DNA of 64,000 bases from Octopus sinensis (lineage: Eukaryota). A model generated the notes under the pieces. That model made no database searches, had not been told where the DNA came from, and saw only the letters and a list, made by a program, of their open reading frames with translations. A program made the position numbers and the translations under genes. Below are positions 52,970 to 64,000 of this stretch, piece after piece (position 1 is the first letter of the stretch; each line of letters starts with the position of its first letter). The stretch spans positions 35,154,001 through 35,218,000 of the forward strand of contig NC_042998.1 of NCBI RefSeq assembly GCF_006345805.1, written 5' to 3'.

Positions 52970-55810
52970 CATTTAAAATATTTTAAAGTCTTCAATTTAG
53001 CGTGGACACAAACTTGACCTAGTTCGATATGGTTATTCAATAAGTTTCTATGTTTACTATGCTTTAGAATTTCGTACGTCTCCATGGAGCATAGTTGACA
53101 ACCAACCCTACTATTTTTATACGGAATTGCTCTCCTAACTATTTCCCATTAAGGGTATAATTTTTGTTATTATTTTGAGTTCCCAGATTTTGTTTGAAAG
53201 TGTGGTGGTACCAGCTTTATGACGTAATTTAAAAGTCGAGATGTGATTTCTAACTCTGGCTAAAAAATTAATTGTACAGCCAATGTAAAAATATTTGTTA
53301 TTCTCCGTGGATATGGTACATTTATAGATTACATTATTTTCCCTACATAGACCAGGTGCCGGGCATTTTGATTTTATTCTACACTTACACACAGGAGGAA
53401 CAACTTCAGGCCTTGGATTATTCCTGGGTAGATGTTTAAGGTTCCTATTATTTTGATTATCATTTCTATAGTTGGTACTGATATCTAAAGTATTGTTATT
53501 ATTTATTGATCCTTCCGTTTCATCATTTAGGTGTAAAGTCCTACCAATTTCTTATATTATTCGTAATGTTATTATTATTGTTAGTCCTTTTATCCAACTG
53601 TATATTATTGTTATAGATATCACTGATATTTTCATTCTCCTTATTTTCTCCATTAGCCTTATTTCTATTATTTCTATTATTAACAATATTACTTCTATTA
53701 ATATCGGCATTGTTATTATTACTATTAATGTTAATGTTATTAGTCATTCTGTGGTTACTAATTTCACCTATGTTTTGATAGTTCCTATTGCTGTTTTTAT
53801 TGTTGGTAGTATTATTGTTATTGCTATTGGTATTCATTCTGATATTATTATTTTTATTTCTATCTTTCCTGGCTAGTTTAATTTGTTATTATTAATTTTA
53901 GCTATTAAAGTGGACATATTTGGAGGGTGAATAAGAAATCCTAACTGTTTTCCTAGAAATAATTCTATGATATCTATGAGAGATAGGGAAATTTTTTTCC
54001 AGAATTACTTTGAATTTGTTCTGTATATCCGATTGTATCGCACAGTTGAAAGGAATATTCAGCCATAATATATCTTTTTTATAAAATTTAGGGTTCGTAG
54101 AATTACTACTATCATCTCATCTCACCGGAGTTATTGTATTTATTACCATTATTTTTATTTATTTGTGTGCATCTTAGGTTTATCTACTTCAATCTTATCC
54201 GAGTTACCTATGTTCTGGTCAATGCTTCTATTTGAATTGTTGGGCCTGTACTCTAGATTAGCGTTTACCGTTAATTTAATTCTACTTTTATTTCGGGTTT
54301 GGTCTTTTTTGCTGCTTACTTGATTACTGATAACTTCATTATTAGGAATACGTGAGTTCTCCCTATCAACGAATGTAATCTTTTGGTTGTATCCAGCCTT
54401 AGTTAACGCCGCATTATAATGCTCAGAATGGGAGTTAAATATATCCTTATTGGATGATAATTTTGAAATTCTTAATGAAATATTTCTTACTAAAGATTCT
54501 ATTATATTTGGGGGATGATTTGATAATTTATTTACGTAATTCGTGACTTCGCCTTCCTTTCTAAATGGGTAATGTAGTTTGGAGTTAAGGTCTAGGGTAA
54601 TATCTAGGAAATTAGCTGTTTTAGTGCCCGGTTCATACGTTATACTGAGGTTGAAATCCTTAAAGAACTTATTAATTTTCTTTCTAATCCTTTCTATAAC
54701 AGATTTATTATTACTAGGGATAACAAACAGAGCATCATCTCTATATAGACGCCCCTGTATTTCTGGGATATCCTTGCTTATGCATCATTTAATAGATATG
54801 CGCCTACTAGGTTGGTTACCTCAGCCGAATCACTGGAACCCATTGGTATATCAAAAAAATTTGGTGTATCTGCTCTAGTCCATAATTTATCTTCAAATTC
54901 AATAAATGTCTTCCTAGCTAGTAGCACAATATTGATTTCTTCTCTAGTTATGAGGGAGCGATTCATGGCAAATATTAGTGATTTGTTGAGTAAGATAGGG
55001 GAAATGCTAGAGTAATAACTATTAATATCGAACTGAATAAAGGACAGACTACTAGTATTAGTTAGAGAGTTAAACCATTTTAGAACTTCGTCGGTACTTA
55101 GCCATAGGTTTAAGGGGAGAAGAGGGGTTATTTGGGGGGTAGAACAGTATCCAGGATAGATTTACTAAGTCGGCCAATGTCCGACTTAGTTGGACAGATC
55201 AGCCTTACTGAAGGGTTATCCAAGAAGTCTTTTTGTGGTCTTTAAGGTTGATCCTGGGCTCACAGGGTTTAAGTGGCTCCGTTCTATCTGTTAAATTTAG
55301 TTTCTCCATGATCTCTTTCATTTCCATGTTTACTTTTTTCAAATTGTTCTTAGTTGTAATTTTATATTTGGAGTTTAGTTCTTTCCTAATTAATTTGCTA
55401 TAAATATCGTAATCAACTCTATACATATTACCCGTTTTATCTGCTGGTACTAGGATTCCATGTTTGCACCGGGTTGACTGAATAAAGTTCCTAAGGTGTC
55501 TAAGGTGAGGGTTATATCTTAACGGGTGTTCATTGAAGCTAATATCATCTATAAGATTCAGCAAGTCTTCTCAAAGTTCTCCAGGAATGGGTTCTGAGGT
55601 GGGCTTTTTCTACTTTTAAAAAATTCTTCTAAAATTCTTTTCGGTATTCATTTCCTGAGGTTTCTTCTTCTGTTTGACATCAAAATGGTACGTTTTCCAC
55701 CTGATTCTTCTAATGAAATCGTTAATCCTATGAATGAGAAGCCAATTATATTCATCTATACTATGTAAGGGGATGTCTTTAGGGGAGAACTTAATGTTTA
55801 CTTTTTCCAT
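52970..55810 (-). pseudogene. Disrupted Penelope-like ORF (reverse transcriptase + GIY-YIG endonuclease)
   Basis: FSPKDIP...RINDFIRRIRWK; LVPADKTGN; FIQFDINSYYSSI; IPMGSSDSAEVTNLVG; GRLYRDD (about 54740); Asn-rich linker; CPAPGLC..NNVIYKC...YIGCTINF..R..NH. Several frameshifts/stops. Confidence 0.9.
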
Positions 55811-56012
55811 TCTTGTTGAGAAATTAAGTACCAGAAAAACATACAGACTGTATGGGAATATATTCAAAGAGCAATAAAGATTCAAGTTAATTTTAAAAAT
55901 TTACTTGAATATGGTACCTAACTTAGATGCACCAAAAAAAACTATACTGATTTAACAATACAGTAATGTGGGGTGATTATAAGCGAGAAAGAAGCAACAA
56001 GAATGGATAGGT

Positions 56013-56103
56013 TTTTAGTACGATCGTTTCATACAAGGACAGGTTTTATTAAAAGTTGCAAAGATTACAGCATATAAACGAGTCCCGTACTCATCAGCTA
56101 AAA
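56013..56103 (-). ncRNA. Type I hammerhead ribozyme in 5' pseudo-LTR
   Basis: Appears identical to 51461-51551. Confidence 0.85.
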
Positions 56104-57500
56104 TACATGTAAGTTCTCTAGACATCCTAGTGTTTGAGGCTATACTCATGAAGTAATGTAGATAATTAAACAGATTTCTAACATTACAGTTATCTTTATC
56201 TTTTTCCTTATATCTACATCAGTTTTTTGAGAACAGGGAAATGAATAGTACTTATTCGCTACTTAATTGAGGCTTTATTTAATTTCAAACTCACAATTTT
56301 TAAATTCTTAATTTTAATCTTAATTGTAATATTTAATTTTAATTCCTAACTTAATCTAATTTAAATAGCATAACTCTAATAAATTATAATTAGTACTGTA
56401 GCCCCATAATTCTATTTCATAATTAAATAAATAAGGCTATTCCCTCGGTGATAATATGATTATCTTCATTAGGATAGACAATCCCTAACACCTTGTAAAT
56501 GATCTTATAAGATTTGACCTGTAGTCGGTCAATGTATGAATAATAACGACAACTCCTTAAGACAAAAAATGAATAAATTAAATAAGTAAATTTTTAATGA
56601 CTTTTTGATAAGATTATACTTAGATTTTCCTAATGTATTTTCTGGTGATTTTAGCATCTGACCCCTTAACCCCTGACTGTGTTATCTCTTTAGATTCTCT
56701 TTAAACTCATAGCTGATTTCAACAGCAATAAATTAACGGTTTACTGGTCAAAGAATAATATTCCCCTCCAGTTCCTAGATGCCTGTTGATTAAAACCAGA
56801 CTTACAGTCTACTAGCTCTTCTGTATAACTAGAACCCTCTTTTTTCTTTTTCTTTTTCCCTTCTTTCCCTATTTCTTTCTCTTTTCTCTTTCTTCTTTTC
56901 TTCTTCTTATTCTCTGTTTCCTTTTCTCTTCTCTTTTAGTCCCCCTTTCCCCCCCCCCTTTTTTGCTCCCTCCTCCATTATTCTCTCTTTTCTTCTATTC
57001 CCTTCTCTATTCTTGGCCGATCTAGTAAGCCCTTCAACCTTTAAGAGTTAAATAGCTACAGCCTCTTGTGAATAGCAGTAATGTAATGAATATGGCAAAC
57101 ACCTAATCATATAACAAGGATTGGTACCTACCTCATTGTGTTCAACCATTGTAAAATTTATCGCCTGTGAATATGAAATCATCTCCATTTCTCTGGAAAT
57201 TTACATCTACACCATTGAATCTGTGCATTTATACAAAGGATTAATTCACCCTCTCTGTAATGCTAATAACAATGGATAAATTTGTCTTCTGTGAGTATAT
57301 AATCCCTCATCATATCTATGGAAATTCATATGGATTAGGTCACCTTCTCTGTGATGCTATCAAAACTTTTTTAAAATTCTGTGATAAGACTATACATCAT
57401 CTTTAAAGAACTTTAATGAACTTTAGAAATCTGTTTAATTATCTACATTACTTCATGAGTATAGCCTCAAACACTAGGATGTCTAGAGAACTTACATGTA

Positions 57501-57591
57501 TTTTAGCTGATGAGTACGGGACTCGTTTATATGCTGTAATCTTTGCAACTTTTAATAAAACCTGTCCTTGTATGAAACGATCGTACTAAAA
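57501..57591 (+). ncRNA. Type I hammerhead ribozyme in the inverted repeat
   Basis: Stem I TTTTAG/CTAAAA, core CTGATGA 57507-57513, GAAA 57574-57577, cleavage triplet GTA 57583-57585. Confidence 0.85.
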
Positions 57592-57619
57592 ACCTATCCA
57601 TTCTTGTGCTTCTTTCTCG

Positions 57620-57689
<70 letters not shown>

Positions 57690-57691
<2 letters not shown>

Positions 57692-57840
57692 GGGAGAGTT
57701 TACGAAAAAAAAACAAAAGACGAAGACAGGTGGTGTACAAAACAAACGGATGTATAACACTCAGGAATAGAAAAAGTCTTTTACGTTTCGAGCCTACGCT
57801 CTTCTCCAGAAAGGGACACAGAAAAAACAAGGAGAGAAAC
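57690..57840 (-). mobile_element. Short repeat family E copy with hammerhead-like fold
   Basis: Reverse complement CTTT-CTGGAGA-A-GAGCGTAGGCTC-GAAACGTA-AAAG; homologous to 28045-28235. Confidence 0.75.
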
Positions 57841-57861
57841 ATATATATATACCTATATGAA

Positions 57862-58190
57862 GGTATTTAAACATTCTAACAGAATGTGGGCAACTACCTT
57901 TCCGACCACAGACAAAAGCGAAATCCCACGAAAATTACCACACAGACCCATTGGCCCCGATTTATACAAGGAGACTAAAATGTCATCAATTCAGTCTTGA
58001 GGTACTTTCTCAATTCTCCAACGATGACAAATTAATATATTTAAGAGTTCAAACATTTTGTCACCCCCATATTTCAAGACTTCTGCACAGATTCCATCAG
58101 ACTCTGTAGACTTATTGTTATTCAGCTTATTCCCAGCTAAATAAATGTCATTTAGAGTTGGTTCAAATGCCATCTCTTCTATAACTGGAA
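57862..58190 (-). pseudogene. RTE(BovB)-like RT N-terminal fragment, inverted
   Basis: EPTL...NNKSTESDGICAEVLKYGG...EKVPQD...VSLYK..GLCGNFRGISLLSVVGKVVAHILL. Confidence 0.85.
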
Positions 58191-58194
58191 GGTG

Positions 58195-59325
58195 TCAGCA
58201 GATGATGGTTTATTCAAAAGTGCAGAAAAATGTTCTACCCAGCGCTTATGAATAGAAGCGATGTCAGTTAGAAACAAATGTATATTTACTGTTCTCCCTG
58301 AGGATGGTATTTACATAAAATATCGAACAACAGGGAATGGTTTTAATCTGACCAGACTGGAATTAAAAACGAAGGTTTTTACTTCACCCATCGCTGACGA
58401 TTGCGATTAAGTCAGTCATTCTGAAACAGGTCTGCAATCTCTTGTATCTGCATTTGACTCAGCTTGTGATGATTTTGGCTTGACTATCAACTAAAACAGT
58501 TGTAATGTATCAACCTGCATTTGGTACTGTTTGTAAGCCCCCTAAAACTTTTGTTAAGGGTAAATTACTTGAGGTTGTTTATTCGTTCATCTACCTTGGA
58601 AGGTCTGTACAAAATGATGAAAATCTGAATACAGCAATACATCTGCGAATTCAAAGAACAGAACAAGCATTTGGTGGTTTGGAGTCATGCGTTTGGCGCC
58701 AGTGACATATAAATTATGATAAAAAGTTGGCTCTTTGTCTTACCACCCCTGTTATATTCTTGTGAAACATGGACCATTTATGAAAGACATTTTAAATTGT
58801 TAGAATAATTTCACCAAAAATGCTTTCATCGCATTTTAAAAATTAAATGTTCTTTTACTCCAAACACAGATGTGTCCTTGCATCTACAGGTATCACCTCA
58901 ATTAAAGCTATTATTTTGAGAAACCAAATGAGATGGTGTGGCCATATTGTTCGAATGGCGGGTGAACGCACGCCCAAATAGCTGTTTTATGGTGAACTTG
59001 CAGAGTGGAAACGCTATCGGTGTAAACCTAAAAAATGGTTTAAGGACGGCATAAGGACAACCATAAAGTCACTTGGAATGGATCCCGTGGACAAAGAAAC
59101 CCTTGCTTCGGACCGAGCTGGATGGCGAACAAAAGTGTGGAATGGAGTGAAAGTGTTTGAAGAGGCCAGGATAACACATGCAAGATTCAAGACAGATTTA
59201 AGGGGAAAATATTACGATCGAGAAGGTGCACAGTTTGTGACAGACCACGCCTTTCTTTAGCTGGGCTCAAATCTCATTTGTGAACCCATCGAAAACGAAC
59301 CGCCACCAACTATTCTGTCTATATA
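58195..59325 (+). pseudogene. RTE(BovB)-like RT C-terminal part
   Basis: GIYIKYRT.G..FNL.RL, ADDC, FGLTIN, FIYLG, AFGGLES.VWR, LLYSCETWT, MRWCGHIVRM, LFYGEL. Confidence 0.85.
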
Positions 59326-59572
59326 TCTGTGCACACCTTTGAATACAGTGTATGCCAGAAGGTTTGAAAATCCGACGGAGGCCTCAAAAGACATTTTAAG
59401 ATCCACAAAGAGCAGAAATTTTCTGCTGTTCTTGGTGGTCCAAATCGGAGGTGCAATCTATGTGGGTGTCTTTTCAATAGATTTCTGGTTTTAAAATCCC
59501 GTTGTATGAGTGTGTGTGCTTCTGTGCATGTGTGTTTGTGTGTGTGCGTGTGTTTGTGTGTGTGTGTGTGCG

Positions 59573-59647
<75 letters not shown>

Positions 59648-59936
59648 AGCATATGTGTAGCCACCACTTTTGGAATTACAAACAATATTAGTTGATAAGA
59701 TATTAAGTGCTTTATCAATGTTTCGTTCAGAACCGCAAAACCATTTTTTTCTCAATCAGCAGCTTTCGTGACTTGTTTCACGAACGTGCGTATGACGGGT
59801 GGAAATTATCTTTAAACTGAAAACCCTGAGTGAACTTTCACTATGAGTAACTAGGGATCCGGTGGTGGCGTTAAACCAGAAGACTAATCAAGTATAATAA
59901 GTTACATTTTTACAATTATTAAACAGTTTCGTTTGA

Positions 59937-60528
59937 AGGCGGTGGGATGGCACAATCGTTAACTCACCGGACGAAATGCTTAGCGGTATTTCGTCTGCTG
60001 CTTCATTCTGAGTTCAAATTCCGCCGAGGTCGACTTTGCCTTTCATCCTTTCGGGCTCGATTAAATAAGTACCAGTTACACACTGGGGTCGATATAATCA
60101 ACTTAATCCGTTTGTCTGTCCTTGTTTGTCTCCTCTGTGTTTAGCTCCTTGTGGGTAGTAAAGAAATAGAAACAGGTATTTCGTCTGCCGTTACGTTCTG
60201 AGTTCAAATCCCGCCGAGGTCGACTTTGCCTTTCATCCTTTCTGGGTCGATTAAATAAGTAGCAGTTACACACTGGGGTCGATATAATCGACTTGATCCG
60301 TTTGTCTGTCCTTGTTTGTCCCCTCTATGTTTGGCCCCTTGTGGGCAATAAAAAATAAGGTGGGTAGTTAGTGTACATGGCAAAATGTTAAGCACCATTT
60401 TGTCCGTCTTTACGTTCTGGGTTCAAATGCCACCGGTCGATAAAATAAGTGCCATTTGAGCACTAGGATCGATATAATCGATTTACCCCTAGTCAGAAAC
60501 TAGTGGCCTTGGGCCAAAATGTGAAACC
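59937..60528 (+). mobile_element. SINE family B trimer
   Basis: One head, then three cores restarting at GTATTTCGTC..CGTTACGTTCTGAGTTCAAAT. Confidence 0.9.
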
Positions 60529-61981
60529 AATAAACAGCGTTGTTGCTGCGACTGGTTCGTGCCAGTTGCTTCATATGTGATAAAACTTGACACAAAGTCT
60601 GTCTGGACTTGCGGTTCTCAACATGTGGCCTCACTAATTTAGTATGGTAGACCTTTGATTGAAGTTCAAGATTCCTACACGCGCAGTGTAAAATATCAAA
60701 TTACTTACGATGAGACAAGCAAAGATAAACTTTGAAAATTTCAAAGTAGGTTCCAAATTTACTTTACGAGATATAATATATGCTTTAAAAATGCCTGTCA
60801 CTGAACCAGAGTTTCAAGCATTGCATCGACAAAGCAACTATCTTATTGAAAAATGTCCAATGTTGGTCTCAACTTTTCAGTTTATTTAATTGCAGATTCA
60901 GTTACATATATTTTCAGTTGATGGATATAAAAGTAAGAAAATCCATTTGTTTTAATTTCGTTTTTGGATTTGGTTTGCAAAATTCTTTATTTGAGTTCGT
61001 GTGTTGTAGCACATTCTGTTGTGTCTGGGGAAAGTCATTTTCTTTTTGTGCCTTATAATGTAACACACTCACCGGTAAAATTTCCACTTATTTGTTTTAA
61101 GTTATTAGAACTGTCTTCTTTAGTAGACATATTTTTGAAAAGCTTTAGGTCGGCAAGAAAATTCATTTAAATTAGAGGAGTCTTTGATAGAGTAAAGGTT
61201 GGGACCCCTTGTCTTTTCTCCAAGTATTTTTGTGACATAGAATAAATCACTAACGCTATGTATAAGCGTATGAGAGAGAGTCTTCAGTGAGATTAAGACC
61301 TTCTACCTTTATTATTATGGGAACTGATTTTCTCAGTAGTCCAGTAAAGTATCCGAAATGTTAACAACACTGATAGCGTTTTTACGGTGATGTCACGCAA
61401 GCGGTAACTTTCGACTGTCATATTTATTAAGTCTTGCATAATGGATTGTTATTATTCTCTAAGCTTATAACAGCTTTATATTAATATGTCTGTAGCAAGA
61501 TATCTGTAGCACACGAAGTTTAAACAGTGAAGACAGCATTTGATGAAAAACTACTTTGATTTAGAAAGCAGTTTTCCCATTTTATTACGTTAAAGAAAAA
61601 ATGACTTTTGACTTAATTCTTACTGAATATCAGCAGAAAATGTTATTACATTCAACTGTTCCTCATCGCTGTGAATATATTACCCAGGGGACATTTATAT
61701 TTCATCAACAAAATATGCATGGATTGCACTGGTGCTTAATTGTTGTATGACCTTTAATTCACCCTTTCCGTGCAGATTTTGGGTAAAAGTTGTTCGGATT
61801 GTCACCATTCCCTCTATCTTAAGGGTCAGGTTACATTGCTTCATGTGTGCTTACCCTATAGAAAATGTCGGAGTGTGACTTAGTTGCTGTTTCTCGCACA
61901 ACGAGCAACGAAATAGATGAGAACAAGCTCTCTCAATTTCTCCACACATTTTCAAATTCCAGAATTTGGTTAATTCATGTC

Positions 61982-62216
61982 CATGTGGCGTAGTGGTTAA
62001 GAGCGCGGACTACTAACCCCAAGATTCCGAGTTCGATTTCAGGCAGTGACCTGAATAGCAACAACAACAACAACATCGAAAAATACCTTAGGAAAAATAG
62101 AACCCATGTTCGAAATTTCCCCTAAGACACCTGATGAAGGCTGGAGGGTATATCAGCCGAAACGTTGTGTTAACTACAAACAAGATGAGAACAAATATCC
62201 GTCAAATGTAAATAAT
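61982..62216 (+). mobile_element. tRNA-Ser-like headed element (family H) with intact minimal hammerhead
   Basis: A box TGGCGTAGTGG, B box GAGTTCGAT, (AAC)n spacer, hammerhead at 62126-62171. Confidence 0.85.
62126..62171 (+). ncRNA. Minimal type I hammerhead ribozyme (46 nt)
   Basis: GACAC-CTGATGA-A-GGCTG(gagggtatat)CAGCC-GAAAC-GTT-GTGTT: stem I 5 bp (one GU), stem II 5 bp, ACGT palindromic stem III. Confidence 0.75.
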
Positions 62217-62899
62217 ATAAATGATATAAATAATGTTGGTTAATCCATGTCTACAGTAAAAGAAACCTTCTCAGGGTGCAGCGAATGCGGATAGAAACTA
62301 GAACCACATACTAGAGAAGCGAACATTAGAATAATATTCTATTATTCGGATTTATGTAAAAGAGATTTGAATCAACATTTCATTAAACAGAAACAGAAGA
62401 CAATCATGAAATTGTTCATTTAAAAAATTTTATAGTATACAACCAATCTATATATTTTCAAGAAGGGGGCGAGAATACGACGAGAGCAACATAAACCTTT
62501 AAATGGAAGTAGGTTAGGGGTCAGTTAGTTCACCACATATCGTGATTTCAGTAACAATTATAAACACATAACACCTGATGTCCTAAAATCATTTTGTTCC
62601 AATAGTTTTGTTATACTTTTGCTTTTACTTCAGACAATATAATTTATTGATTAGCACACTTGAGCATAAGCGATATATATCACACCAGCTTAAAGGCTCC
62701 GCTAATATCTTGGACACTTCCATCTACTGGAAGTAATTGCCAAAATATATTTTTGTTTAAAACACAGATTTGGTGACCAACCTAGAGGTATTAATACATA
62801 CTAACACATACACACACAACTACACACGCATACACGTTTTCGTGTGTGTATGTGTGTGTGTGTGTGTCTTTGTAGTGGTGTGCACTTGTCTGTATCACA

Positions 62900-63045
62900 C
62901 CGATTCTCTCTGAGAAGTACGTTAAAGGTACGCGTGTCTGTGGAGTTCTCAGCCACTTATACGTTAATTGCACGAACAGGTTGTTCTGTTAATCGGGTCA
63001 ACTGGAGCCCTCATTGTCGTAACCGACATAGTATCAGACCAGAAC
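62900..63045 (+). mobile_element. SINE family C 3' fragment
   Basis: Reverse complement of 50545-50670. Confidence 0.75.
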
Positions 63046-63496
63046 CTCACAACCTGTGTGCACAGAGAATGAACGTCTCTCCGACGTGAGGAAAATAACA
63101 TTGTCTGGTTTAACAAAAAAATAAAAACGAATTTCAAAACGAAAATCATGCTAATCCATTCCTAAAGAAACTTCAAACACAGCAGTTGTGCACACAGGCG
63201 ACATATTTCTTTATGAACTACATCTGCCAACATTATTATGATGTAACTCCGAGACCCCAGAAACAGTTGTCGGACTTGTAATGCCTTCTCCCCTCTAATT
63301 CATTGAGTCTACGTAACCTATATATATATATACACACATTTATACTTGATTTTTAATCATCTGAAAATTTTGCCTTCTCTTTTTACATATATACATGTAT
63401 ATATAGATATTGTACATTAAAAACCAAGTTCGTTATTTATTTCAATTATTATCTCTCTCCAGCTCTCTCTCTCTCTCTCTTTCTCACACACAAACA

Positions 63497-63557
<61 letters not shown>

Positions 63558-63699
63558 TTTGTGCGTATATATGTGTGTGTATTGACCAAAGAATAAGGTT
63601 ATTAACCATAGCTTTCCTGCTGCCCAATCATTGCCCAGTTCGAGAATATCACAGACACGATTGAATTAACAGGTAGTTCCACGGGGAAACATGGCAGGA

Positions 63700-64000
63700 C
63701 TTTGAAGAGAGAACTGATAAGAAGTGGTATAATTATGCGTTGAACAAGACACGTGACAACATCCTCACCGCAATTATTCGAGATGTACTTGTTTGGACGC
63801 AGGGAAAATGTAGATAAATGGTCCGGAAATAATATTCAAAACTTACGTCGTAGCTGAAGTGAAAACTCTTGCACTCCGATAAATTCTTCGATGGCTTCTG
63901 ACCTAAACATTGTCTGCAAAAACAGTAAAGAAACTGTCCAAGTACAAGGACTTTGAAAGTGGAATAATTCGGAATTGGCGTATGAAAGTGAAAGCAGAAT
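63700..64000 (+). pseudogene. Degenerate R4/Dong-like restriction-like endonuclease fragment
   Basis: KWYNY..., D.NI..K..KKLSKYKDFESGIIRNWRMKV resembles D.NI..K..EK..KY.DL..EI.R.W. Confidence 0.55.

Larger units (their letters stand above)
51314..57626 (-). mobile_element. Penelope-like retroelement with pseudo-LTRs and inverted 5' extension
   Basis: 316-bp direct repeats 51314-51629 / 55866-56181. Segment 56182-57626 is an inverted copy of 51426-52883. RT + GIY-YIG ORF lies between the direct repeats, and (TA)n lies on both flanks. Confidence 0.92.

Noticed and set aside
53472-53876. Hydrophobic 134-aa + strand ORF
   Set aside because: It is the antisense of the Asn-rich linker of the Penelope ORF.
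60918-60932. Possible 15-nt microexon TTTTCAG|TTGATGGATATAAAA|GTAAGA
   Set aside because: Such motifs occur by chance in AT-rich DNA, and the region may lie inside an old hAT-like element (weak TIR-like ends at about 60612 and 61205).

Overview
AT-rich eukaryotic DNA full of microsatellites and transposon debris. The tRNA-derived SINE families and repeat style suggest an octopus or other cephalopod genome (inference). No host gene, rRNA, true tRNA or CRISPR array can be called confidently, and most ORFs in the supplied track are microsatellite translations. Recognisable content: a near full-length Penelope-like element (RT + GIY-YIG, 51.3-57.6 kb) with direct and inverted terminal repeats; relics of CR1-like, RTE-like, R4/Dong-like and L1/Tx1-like LINEs; mariner and Chapaev3-like transposase relics; several MITEs and foldbacks; and four tRNA-SINE families. 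The most striking unannotated signal is a set of hammerhead-ribozyme folds in several short, apparently non-autonomous families. These include a tRNA-Ser-like Pol III-headed element with a minimal hammerhead and Penelope-style inverted ends, a 260-bp fold-back mini-Penelope, and a short family with a core-variant hammerhead. All RNA structures were paired by eye, not computed, and element boundaries are approximate.
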